Below are positions 17,187-25,609 of a stretch of 64,000 nt of DNA, one piece after another. This DNA comes from Solirubrobacterales bacterium (GTDB taxonomy: Bacteria; Actinomycetota; Thermoleophilia; Solirubrobacterales; Solirubrobacteraceae). A program made the position numbers and the translations under genes. The DNA lies in the NCBI GenBank assembly GCA_038257095.1, contig JBBSJQ010000016.1, forward strand, positions 30,417-94,416, read 5' to 3'. The stretch's first letter is position 1. Every line of letters begins with the position of its first letter. The notes below the pieces were generated by a model. It saw only the letters and a list, made by a program, of their open reading frames with translations, made no database searches and had not been told where the DNA came from.

Positions 17187-18085
17187 CGCCCCACCGCCGA
17201 TGCCGTGCCGGACCCAAACGCGCGCTCACGCTCGTACTCGTAGAAGCCCCGACCGGTCTTCCGGCCGAGGTCTCCGGCAGCGATCATCTGGTCGACCAGC
17301 GGCGGGGGCGCGAACCGCGGGTCGCGCAGCTGCTCGTACAGGCTCATGGATACCGCCTTGTGAATGTCGAGACCGACGATGTCGAGGAGTCGGAAGGTCC
17401 CCATCGGGTTGCCGAGGGCCTTGGCCGTGATCGCGTCGATGCTCTCGATCGTGCCCAGCCCGGCCGCGAGCGCCCGGATGCAGTCGTTCTCGAACGGAAC
17501 GAGAAAGCGGTTGACGATGAAGCCCGGAGCGTCCGCCGTCGTCACGCTGACCTTCTTCAAGCTGTCGATGAACTCCAGGGTGCGGTGGTACGCGTCGTCC
17601 GAGGTCTGCCGTGCGCGCACGACCTCGACGAGCTTCATTAGCGGAGCCGGGTTGCAGTAGTGCGTGCCGACGACGCGCCCGGGCAAGCGGGAACCGGCGG
17701 CGATCGCGGTCGCCGAGAGGGTTGAAGTGTTCGTGTGGAAGAGCGTGTCCTCCCGGCAGATATCGTCCAGCTCGCCGAACGTCTTCGCCTTGAGCGCGGT
17801 GTCCTCGAAGATCGCCTCGATGACCACGTCGCAGCTGCCGAGGGCCTCGAGGTCCGTCGTTGTCTCGATCCGGCTCAGTGCGGCGCTCGCCGCCTCCTCG
17901 GGAAGCTTGCCCAGGCTGACGCTCCGGTCGAGGAACGCCCGGACGGCGTCGACGCCCTGCTCGAGCTGATCGTTCGACAGGTCGCGCCATACGAGCGCGT
18001 GCCCGGCGCGCAGCACGACGATGGCGATTCCGATGCCCATCGTGCCGGCGCCGAGCACGCCGACGGTCCGTGAATCCGTGGCCAT
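17183..18085 (-). CDS. 3-hydroxyacyl/3-hydroxybutyryl-CoA dehydrogenase
   Basis: VGVLGAGTMGIGIA, EAIFED, GTHYCNP, PGFIVNRFL. Trimmed to ATG 18085 behind AAGGAG. Confidence 0.9.
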   Translation of the reverse strand: MATDSRTVGVLGAGTMGIGIAIVVLRAGHALVWRDLSNDQLEQGVDAVRAFLDRSVSLGKLPEEAASAALSRIETTTDLEALGSCDVVIEAIFEDTALKAKTFGELDDICREDTLFHTNTSTLSATAIAAGSRLPGRVVGTHYCNPAPLMKLVEVVRARQTSDDAYHRTLEFIDSLKKVSVTTADAPGFIVNRFLVPFENDCIRALAAGLGTIESIDAITAKALGNPMGTFRLLDIVGLDIHKAVSMSLYEQLRDPRFAPPPLVDQMIAAGDLGRKTGRGFYEYERERAFGSGTASAVGR

Positions 18086-18102
18086 ACTTTCTCCTTTGAG
18101 GG

Positions 18103-18867
18103 TCATCGGGCGGTCTGGCCGCCGTCGATCACGATCGTCTCGCCGGTCATGAAGTCGCTGGCGGACGAGGCGAGCTGCACGATCCACGCACCCAGCTCTG
18201 GTGCCTCGCCCATGCGGCCGGCGGGGATGTTGCTGAGGATGCGCTTCATCAGCCGCTCGTCTTCACGCACGTCGGCGTTGAGCGGCGTCGCGAAGTAGCC
18301 CGGGGCGAGCGCGTTCACCTGGATGTTGTGCCGGGCCCACTCGACCGCGGCGACCTTGGTGAGGCTGATGACCGCCGCCTTGGTCGCGCAGTACGCGGCG
18401 AAGTTCGGGATTCCCGCGTAGGCGAAGTTGGACGCAAGGTTGATGACCTTCCCGCGCTCCTGGGCGACGAGATGCCGGCCGGCCGCGCGGGTCACGTAGA
18501 AGACGCCTCGGAGGTTCAGGTTGACGACCGCGTCCCACTCGTCGTCGGTCGTCGTGAGCAGCGGTGTCGGCGGCGCCGCACCGGAGTTGTTCACCACGAT
18601 GTGGAGACCGCCCAGCTCTTCGACCGTCCCGGCGATCAGCTCGTCGACGGACGCCGACGACGTCACGTCGGTCCGGATCGCTGCGGCCTTGCGCCCCTTC
18701 GCGCGGATCTCCTCCGCCACGGTCTCGAGCTCGTCGACGCTGCGCGCCGCCAGCGCGACGTCCGCACCGGCGTCCGCGAGGGCGAGCGCAGCCGCCCGCC
18801 CCAGCCCGCGCCCGGCGCCGGTCACGACCGCCACCTGGCCCGCCAGTGCTCCGTCAGCCACGTCCAT
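18103..18867 (-). CDS. Short-chain dehydrogenase/reductase (FabG-like)
   Basis: VTGAGRGLGRAAA, NNSG, YCATKAA. Confidence 0.85.
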   Translation of the reverse strand: MDVADGALAGQVAVVTGAGRGLGRAAALALADAGADVALAARSVDELETVAEEIRAKGRKAAAIRTDVTSSASVDELIAGTVEELGGLHIVVNNSGAAPPTPLLTTTDDEWDAVVNLNLRGVFYVTRAAGRHLVAQERGKVINLASNFAYAGIPNFAAYCATKAAVISLTKVAAVEWARHNIQVNALAPGYFATPLNADVREDERLMKRILSNIPAGRMGEAPELGAWIVQLASSASDFMTGETIVIDGGQTAR

Positions 18868-20092
18868 CTCCTGCCTTTCGCGTCAGGTCGCGGCCGATGA
18901 GCAGCCGCTGGACCTCGTTGGTGCCGTCGTAGATCTGTGTGACCTTCACATCGCGGAGGTAGCGCTCCGAGGCCGCGTCGACCAGGTCCCCCTCGGGTCC
19001 GAGGAGCCCGGTGACGAACTCCGACGCCGTCATGCCGAGGTCGGTGCACCGTGCTTTCGCCATCCCGACCTCGGCGGTCAGATCACGCTCGGGCTCCTCG
19101 TCCACGGCGCGTGCGACGGAGTAGAGGAGCTGGCGCGCCATCAGGATCTCGGTGCGGAGGTCGGCGAGCCGGAACAGCTGCGTCTGCCACTGCGGGTCAC
19201 GGAGCAGCCCGCGGTGCGCCGCCCAGTCGACCGCGAGGCCGTACTGCGCGGCGGCGATGCCGAGGCCCTGGGATGCAGCGCTGATCCGCGACTTCACGAC
19301 CGTCCGCATCGACAGCGCCCAGGCGCCTCCCTCCTCGCCCAGGAGACTCGACTCGGGGAGATGCACGTCGTCGAGGAAGAGCTCGGCCGTGGTCGAGCCG
19401 TGCATGCCGAGCTTCTCCAGGACATGCCCGCGCGACAGCCCGTCGACGTCCCCCGGGAGCAGGAAGGCGGTGATCCCGTCGCGACCCCGGTCCTTGTCGA
19501 CCGTCGCGAAGAGGATCGTCACGGCCGCCTTGTCGCCCGTGGTGATGAAGGTCTTCGAGCCGTTGACGACGTACCCGTCGTCCGTCCGGCGAGCCGTTGT
19601 CCGAATCGCTGCGGCGTCGGAGCCGGCGGACGGCTCCGTAATTCCGAGGGCGCCGAGTGCGCTCCCGTCGCACAGGACGGGGATCCAGCGCTCGCGCTGC
19701 TCGTCCGTCCCCTCCAGAAGGATCGGATAGGCCGCGTGCATCTGGGTCATCAGGATCAGGGACGTCGCGGGACAGGCCGCGGCCACCGCTTCGATCGTGA
19801 TCGCGTAGGACACGGTTGACGCGTCGACGCCCCCGTATTGCGCCGGGAACGTCAGCCCGCCGAAGCCCGCGTCGCAGAGCGCCTGCACCGGCTCCGCCGC
19901 GAAGGTGCCCTCGCGGTCGCGGGCGGCCGCACCCGGAGCGACCGAGCGGGCGATGACCTCGCGGAGCTCGCTGCGCAGCCGCACCTCGTCGGCCGTGAGC
20001 AGCCGGTCCACGAGGGGCTCGTCGAAGCGCTCGAGCGTGTCGGGCGCCTTGGGAAGCTCCGGCGCGGACCACTTCGGTGTCTCGACGCTCAT
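18854..20092 (-). CDS. Acyl-CoA dehydrogenase
   Basis: ITEPSAGSD, IYDGTNEVQRLLIGR. ATG 20092 in ATGA overlap with the CoA-transferase stop. Confidence 0.9.
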   Translation of the reverse strand: MSVETPKWSAPELPKAPDTLERFDEPLVDRLLTADEVRLRSELREVIARSVAPGAAARDREGTFAAEPVQALCDAGFGGLTFPAQYGGVDASTVSYAITIEAVAAACPATSLILMTQMHAAYPILLEGTDEQRERWIPVLCDGSALGALGITEPSAGSDAAAIRTTARRTDDGYVVNGSKTFITTGDKAAVTILFATVDKDRGRDGITAFLLPGDVDGLSRGHVLEKLGMHGSTTAELFLDDVHLPESSLLGEEGGAWALSMRTVVKSRISAASQGLGIAAAQYGLAVDWAAHRGLLRDPQWQTQLFRLADLRTEILMARQLLYSVARAVDEEPERDLTAEVGMAKARCTDLGMTASEFVTGLLGPEGDLVDAASERYLRDVKVTQIYDGTNEVQRLLIGRDLTRKAGDGRG

Positions 20093-21255
20093 GCGACCAC
20101 CTCCACTCCGAGCTCGGGCGCTCCCGACCGCAACGGGGGCGCCGTAGACGCTCCGAGGCGCCACGGCGCGCGCACCACGCGCAGCCCGCTGTCGAGTTCG
20201 ACGATGCTCTCGCGCGCGAGAACCTGCGGGTCCGTGACGACCTCCGAGAGCGACTGGACCGACGACGCCGGGACGCCCGCGTCCGCGAGGTCCGTCAGCC
20301 AGTCCGCAGCGGGCCGCGTCCTAAGCCGTTCCGCGATGAGCGGCAGGATCCGCGGGCGCGCATCGCGGCGGCCGGCGTTGTCGGCGAGGGTCTTGTCCTC
20401 GGCAAGCTCCGGGACCCCGACGAGTCGCGCGAAGCGCTGCCAGATCGCCTCGCTGCCGATCGCAATCACGATCGGGCGGTCCGCTGTCTCGAACGGCTGG
20501 TACACGGCGAGCACGGAGTCGGTGCCTCCGCTGGGTGCCGGCTCCGGCTCCCCTGCGAGGAAGCTCGCGATGCGCGGCGCCATGAGCGCGAGGTCGGAGT
20601 CGAGCAGGGAGACGTCGATGAACTCGCCGGTGCCCGTCCGGCCCTGCTGCACGAGGCACGCGTTGATCGCCCCGAAGGCAACCATTCCGGTGACGATGTC
20701 CGAGAGCGCGGTGCTGACGCGCTGCGGTGTGCCGCCGGCGGCGCCCGTGACGCTCATGAGCCCGGAGCGGGCCTGCGCTGCGAGGTCGTACCCACCGGTC
20801 TCGGCGTCGGGTCCGGTGAACCCGAACCCGGAGAGCGCGCAGTAGATCAGCCGTGGGTGAGCTGCCATCACCGCGTCGGGCTGCAGGCCGAGCGCGGAGA
20901 GCTTCGACGGGTTGAAGCTCTCGAGCAGCACGTCGGCGTCGGCCAGCAGCTCGTCGAGGCGCGCGCGGTCGGCTTGATCGCGGAGGTCGAGGACCAGCGA
21001 CTGCTTGTTGCGGTTGGCCGACTCGAACCAGGCGGAACGCCCGTCGACGAACGGCGGACCCCACGAGCGGGTGTCGTCTCCGAGTGGCGGCCGCTCGATC
21101 TTCAGCACCGAGGCGCCCATGTCCGCCAGGTACATCGCGGCGGTCGGCCCGGCGTAGGACGTCGACAGATCCACGACGCGCACACCCGTGAGTGGGAGGG
21201 CTGCGACTGAACCGGGCGCACTTGCTCCTTGACCTGCTGTCATAATGTTCGACAT
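20089..21255 (-). CDS. Family III CoA-transferase (CaiB/BaiF family)
   Basis: LTGVRVVDLSTSYAGPTAAMYLADMGASVLKIERP. Alternative start ATG 21243 abuts operator O3. Confidence 0.85.
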   Translation of the reverse strand: MSNIMTAGQGASAPGSVAALPLTGVRVVDLSTSYAGPTAAMYLADMGASVLKIERPPLGDDTRSWGPPFVDGRSAWFESANRNKQSLVLDLRDQADRARLDELLADADVLLESFNPSKLSALGLQPDAVMAAHPRLIYCALSGFGFTGPDAETGGYDLAAQARSGLMSVTGAAGGTPQRVSTALSDIVTGMVAFGAINACLVQQGRTGTGEFIDVSLLDSDLALMAPRIASFLAGEPEPAPSGGTDSVLAVYQPFETADRPIVIAIGSEAIWQRFARLVGVPELAEDKTLADNAGRRDARPRILPLIAERLRTRPAADWLTDLADAGVPASSVQSLSEVVTDPQVLARESIVELDSGLRVVRAPWRLGASTAPPLRSGAPELGVEVVA

Positions 21256-21258
21256 TAG
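21242..21258. promoter_or_regulatory. Operator candidate O3 ATAATGTTCGACATTAG
   Basis: At the divergent CoA-transferase/ACAD promoter. Minus strand reads TAATGT-8 nt-ATG(21243). Confidence 0.6.
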
Positions 21259-21320
21259 CAGGGAAGGGCGGTGTTGGTCCTCAGTCCTTCTTTAGGCCTA
21301 CGCACCAATCGGGAGTACGA

Positions 21321-22499
21321 ATGACGATTCAAGCCGAGCAGGTCTCAGAGACCCAGATGTCGTTCGCTTTCAGCGACGAGCAGACCGCGATGCGGGAAGC
21401 AGCGCGGGGCTTCGTGGAGCGCTACTGCAACAAGGATCACGTCCGCGTCTGGGACGAGGAGCGGGAGTTCCCACTGGACCTCTACAGGCGCATGGCCGAC
21501 ATGGGCTGGCTGGGACTCATGGTCCCGGAGGAGTACGGCGGCACCGGCGGCTCCGTGGTCGACATGGTCGCCGTCTACGAAGTGCTCGGACGTCACTCCG
21601 TCGACATTCCGACGCGGCTCGCGCTGACGTTCTGGGGCCAGATCAACCTCCTGATGTACGGGACGGACGAGCAGCGTGAGCGCTTCCTCGCGCCTAGCGT
21701 CCGCGGGGAGATCCCGTTCTCGTTCAGCCTCAGCGAGCCTGACTCCGGCTCCGACGCCGCTTCGGTCTCCACCTTCGCACGGCTTGACGGCGACGAGTGG
21801 GTCATCGACGGTCAGAAGGTGTTCTGCACCGGAGCGTCGCTCGAGAACAACGTCATGGTGGTCGCCGTCCGGACCGACCGGGACGTCCCGAAGCATCAGG
21901 GCATCTCCATGCTCCTGGTCCCTATCGATGCCCCCGGCGTCGAAGTCACCAAGATGCCCACCATTGGTCGGAAGATCGTTGGCACCAACGAGGTCTTCTT
22001 CACCGAGGCCCGCGTGCCAGCCGAGAACCTGCTCGGACCGCTTAACGGCGGGTGGAAGCTCGTCACCTCACACCTCGAGCGCGAGCGTTTGACGCTCGCC
22101 GCAATGTACCTCGGCAACGCCCAGGGGGCTCTTGAGGACGCGCTCAAGTACGCGGGCGAGCGCGAGCAGTTCGGCCGGCCCATCGGCAAGAACCAGGCGA
22201 TCCGGCACATGCTTGCGGAGATGGCGACCGATGTGGAGGCCGGGCGGTGGCTCACCTACTACGGCGCGTGGCGGCTTGCGCAGGGGCTTCCCTGCACGAA
22301 GGAAGCGACGATGTCCAAGGTCTTCGTCTCCGAGATGTGGCAGCGCGTCGCGACCAACGGTATGCAGATCCTCGGTGGTCACGCCTACACCACCGACCAT
22401 GCGATGCAGCGCTACTGGCGGGACTCCCGCAACGGGACCGTCGGCGGCGGAACGTCGCAGATCCTGCGCGACGTCATCGGCGCGACGCTCGAAATCTGA
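21321..22499 (+). CDS. Acyl-CoA dehydrogenase
   Basis: LSEPDSGSDAAS, QFGRPIG, YWRDSRN. GGGAG SD upstream. Confidence 0.9.
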   Translation: MTIQAEQVSETQMSFAFSDEQTAMREAARGFVERYCNKDHVRVWDEEREFPLDLYRRMADMGWLGLMVPEEYGGTGGSVVDMVAVYEVLGRHSVDIPTRLALTFWGQINLLMYGTDEQRERFLAPSVRGEIPFSFSLSEPDSGSDAASVSTFARLDGDEWVIDGQKVFCTGASLENNVMVVAVRTDRDVPKHQGISMLLVPIDAPGVEVTKMPTIGRKIVGTNEVFFTEARVPAENLLGPLNGGWKLVTSHLERERLTLAAMYLGNAQGALEDALKYAGEREQFGRPIGKNQAIRHMLAEMATDVEAGRWLTYYGAWRLAQGLPCTKEATMSKVFVSEMWQRVATNGMQILGGHAYTTDHAMQRYWRDSRNGTVGGGTSQILRDVIGATLEI

Positions 22500-22518
22500 T
22501 CACGACAAGGAGACCTGC

Positions 22519-23310
22519 ATGACCCTCGAACTGCCCGAGACGGTGCTCTACGAAAAGCGCGACCGCCTCGCCATCATCACCATCAACCGCCCGGAGCGCC
22601 GCAACGCGATGACGCCCGAGATGCGCTCCGGCATCCAGGCCGCGTTCCGGGACTTCAACGACGACGACGACATGTGGGTCGCCATCTTCACGGGAGCCGG
22701 AGAGCAGGCCTTCTGCGCGGGAGCCGACCTCGGCAAGACCATCCCGCAGTGGACGGCTGATCCGGAGGCTCGCCTGCGTGACGCGGTTCCAGACCCGACC
22801 CAGCGCCACTTCCACTACATCCACAAGCCCATCATCGGCGCGGTCAACGGCATCGCGACGGCCGGCGGGCTCGAGATGCTGCTCGGCACCGACATGCGCA
22901 TCGCCGCCGAGCACGCAAGCTTCGGCCTCGGCGAGGTCAAGTGGGGACTCGTCCCGATCGGCGGCTCACACGTCCGACTCCCCCGGCAGATCCCGTGGGC
23001 CGTCGCGATGCAGCTGCTCCTGACCGGCGAGCCGATCGACGCCGAGCGCGCCTACGACATCGGCCTGATCAACAAGGTCGTTCCCGCGGACAAACTGATG
23101 GACGAGGCCTTGGCGCTTGCAGATCGCCTGTGCCGCAACGGTCCGTTCGCGATGCGTGCCGCGAAAGAGTCAGCGGTCCGCTCGCTGGTCCTCGAGCCGC
23201 AGTTCGCCCAGGACTTCTACCTCGCCGGACGGGTCTTCAAGACCGCCGACGCTGCGGAGGGCCCCACGGCTTTCATGGAGAAGCGCGAGCCGCGCTTCAC
23301 CGGCTCCTGA
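22519..23310 (+). CDS. Enoyl-CoA hydratase/isomerase
   Basis: ITINRPERRNA, FTGAGEQAFCAGADL. ATG 22519 behind AAGGAGAC; the track ORF N-terminus is an artefact. Confidence 0.9.
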   Translation: MTLELPETVLYEKRDRLAIITINRPERRNAMTPEMRSGIQAAFRDFNDDDDMWVAIFTGAGEQAFCAGADLGKTIPQWTADPEARLRDAVPDPTQRHFHYIHKPIIGAVNGIATAGGLEMLLGTDMRIAAEHASFGLGEVKWGLVPIGGSHVRLPRQIPWAVAMQLLLTGEPIDAERAYDIGLINKVVPADKLMDEALALADRLCRNGPFAMRAAKESAVRSLVLEPQFAQDFYLAGRVFKTADAAEGPTAFMEKREPRFTGS

Positions 23311-23324
23311 AGCGACGCCGTGCG

Positions 23325-23354
23325 GTCCCGGATCGGCGACGGCCGGTCCGGGAC
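23325..23354. terminator. Hairpin (8-bp perfect stem GTCCCGGA / TCCGGGAC, 14-nt loop) between convergent genes
   Basis: Lies between the ECH stop (23310) and hydrolase stop (23361). Large loop, no U-tract. Confidence 0.35.
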
Positions 23355-23360
23355 GGTGCG

Positions 23361-24173
23361 CTAGATGCGGCGGAGGAGATCGGCGATCGCGGCTGTGATC
23401 AGTTCTGGGCGACGCAGATGCGCGACGTGACCCTGGCCTTCGAGTGGCCGTAGTTCCGCGTCGGGCGCGGCTTCCACGATGCGCCTCGCGGTGTCGGCCA
23501 TGCCGGTCGGGCTTCGCGTCCCGAGGAGGACGGTCATGGGGAACGGGACGGCCCCGAGTGCCTCGTAGGGCACACGCTCTCGTAGCCATGCCCGGCACTC
23601 GCGCTCCAACGTGCCGCGGGCTTCCGACGCCGCCGTCCACTCGGCGCCCCCCGGCATGCCGTCGACGAGATCGCGCGGGACGCCGACGACGTCCGCGAAG
23701 AACATGGGAAGCATCTCGTCGTCCGGCGCGGTCCGCTCAAGGTCCTCCAAACGGTCCAAGGCTGCCTCGTCGTACCGCGGGTTGTCCGAGTCGAGCGGTT
23801 CGTACAGGACTGCCGCGGAGGGACGAGCCCCGTCGGCGATCGCGCTCAAGGTGCACCGTGCTCCCCAGGAGTGCGCGACGATGACCGCGTCCTCCCCCGC
23901 GGCCTCGAGGACCGCGGCGATGTCCTGCGCCTCGGCACGCATCGAGTAGGCGTCCGCTCGATCCTCCGCGCTCAAGCCTCGTCCGCGACGATCCATCACG
24001 AACGCCTCGATCCCTGGCGGGAGGTCCGCGATCACCGCATCCCAGCAGCGGCCGTCGGAGGCGCTGCCGTGGACGAAGACGGCGGGTCGCCCCGAGCCGC
24101 TGCGTCGGACGCCGATCGGCGTCCCGTCGGGCGAGCGGACGCGCTGGACACCGACCCGTCCGGACGCGCTCAC
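23361..24173 (-). CDS. Alpha/beta hydrolase
   Basis: VFVHGSASDG, nucleophile elbow VAHSWGA, C-terminal GQGHVAHL. GTG 24173 in GTGA overlap with the upstream stop. Confidence 0.8.
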   Translation of the reverse strand: MSASGRVGVQRVRSPDGTPIGVRRSGSGRPAVFVHGSASDGRCWDAVIADLPPGIEAFVMDRRGRGLSAEDRADAYSMRAEAQDIAAVLEAAGEDAVIVAHSWGARCTLSAIADGARPSAAVLYEPLDSDNPRYDEAALDRLEDLERTAPDDEMLPMFFADVVGVPRDLVDGMPGGAEWTAASEARGTLERECRAWLRERVPYEALGAVPFPMTVLLGTRSPTGMADTARRIVEAAPDAELRPLEGQGHVAHLRRPELITAAIADLLRRI

Positions 24174-24544
24174 GCCCAGCGTCCCTCCAGCGGCCCGTCG
24201 TTCCAGACCTCGACGATCTGGCCGCCGGTCACACGGAAGACCTCCAGACCGGCCAGGTTTCGCGTCGTCCCGTCGTGAAGCTCGATGTGACACTGATAGA
24301 CGATCGCCACGTGCTCGTCGTCCGCGTCGGCCACCACCACGGGGAGCGTGAAGTGCATCTCTGACGAAGCGTCAAGGTGGTCCTCGATCCGCCGTCGCGC
24401 CTCAGCGCGCGACTGGACGACGACATCGTCTACGCCGTGCCGCACGACCGCGTCCCCGAGCAGCTCGTCGGCAAGGTCCAGGTCCCGCTCGTTCCAGACG
24501 CGCAGGTTGTAGAGCTCGACCACCTCGCGTGCCGTGCGACTCAC
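24170..24544 (-). CDS. NTF2/SnoaL-like small protein
   Basis: 124 aa, VVELYNLRVWNERDLDLADELL...VFRVTGGQIVEVWN pattern. GTG 24544 in GTGA overlap. Confidence 0.6.
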   Translation of the reverse strand: MSRTAREVVELYNLRVWNERDLDLADELLGDAVVRHGVDDVVVQSRAEARRRIEDHLDASSEMHFTLPVVVADADDEHVAIVYQCHIELHDGTTRNLAGLEVFRVTGGQIVEVWNDGPLEGRWA

Positions 24545-25599
24545 CGGTAGACCGCCACCGCGTCGCATTCCTCGATCGCGGCGATGCTCCGCTCGATCAG
24601 CCGCAGACAGAGTTCTCGGGCCCGACCCGGCAGCTGGTCCCACCCACGGATCGCGATGACCGGGTACAGAAGCAGGAAGGACACAGCGAAGCGATAGTCG
24701 CGCCAGGCCTCCTCGAAGCTCGGGCCGTCCGCTCCATGTCGCTGGAGGGCGTCGAGGTACTGCCGCACGAACCTCTCATCGCGACCGGCCCGGACCTCGC
24801 GCGTCATGCCCTGGCTGACCAGGTAGCCGATGTCCACCAGGCCACTGGCCCTGGCAATCAGCTGGTAGTCGACGATCGCGATCTGGTCCCCGGAGAAGAA
24901 GATGTTGTCCGCTCGGATGTCCCCGTGAATGAGCGTATCGCGCTCCGTCAGGGCGTCGAGCGCCGGGGCGACCCGTTCAGGGAACGCCGCGGCGTGCCCT
25001 GCGACCCCGGGCGGGATCGGTTCGCGAGCCGTCGAGCGATAGACCTCCCACCCCTCGGAGAACAGCAGCGGAAAGGTCTCTCGAAGCAGCGGCGAGTCCA
25101 TCGTCGGGAACCGCCGCGGGACGTCGCCGCTCCGTGCGGGGTCGGCCGACCACGCGTGCAGTCCGGCCAGCTGCTCGATGCATTGCTCCATGCGCTCGGC
25201 GGGGAGTCCGGCGTAGTGATCGCCGTTGTCCCAGCCGCCGAGATCCTCGAGGATCAGCAGGAAGTCGCTGGAGCCGTCGACCGTCGAGGCGAAGTAGGTG
25301 CGTGGCGCGCGCAGCGGCACGTGGGCTGACACGTCGCGGTAGAACGCGACCTCCCGCGCATAGCCGCCCATCGCGTCGATCACCTGCCGCACCGCGGTCG
25401 TGGTGGGCAGCTTGGCGATCAGACTCCGCGGGACGCCACGTCCTTCGAGGCGGAGCCGGTAGAGCTCCGAGGAGAATCCGGTGTCCAGCGCGATCCGCTC
25501 GGCCTGGACCCCGGTGACGACGCATGCCACGTCGTCACCGCGGAGGAGCCTCGTCAGCCACGCGGGGTCGAGGTCGGTGACGCTTCGAGGAACGGTCAT
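24541..25599 (-). CDS. Phosphotransferase (APH/choline-kinase-like kinase fold)
   Basis: Brenner motif LIHGDIRADNIFF and downstream IVDYQL. Confidence 0.75.
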   Translation of the reverse strand: MTVPRSVTDLDPAWLTRLLRGDDVACVVTGVQAERIALDTGFSSELYRLRLEGRGVPRSLIAKLPTTTAVRQVIDAMGGYAREVAFYRDVSAHVPLRAPRTYFASTVDGSSDFLLILEDLGGWDNGDHYAGLPAERMEQCIEQLAGLHAWSADPARSGDVPRRFPTMDSPLLRETFPLLFSEGWEVYRSTAREPIPPGVAGHAAAFPERVAPALDALTERDTLIHGDIRADNIFFSGDQIAIVDYQLIARASGLVDIGYLVSQGMTREVRAGRDERFVRQYLDALQRHGADGPSFEEAWRDYRFAVSFLLLYPVIAIRGWDQLPGRARELCLRLIERSIAAIEECDAVAVYR

Positions 25600-25609
25600 G
25601 GCGACGCGG

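Noticed and set aside
22507-22521. Near-identical AAGGAGACnnnCATG at 22507 and 37727
   Set aside because: Simply a strong SD with similar spacing before two starts; not a repeat element.
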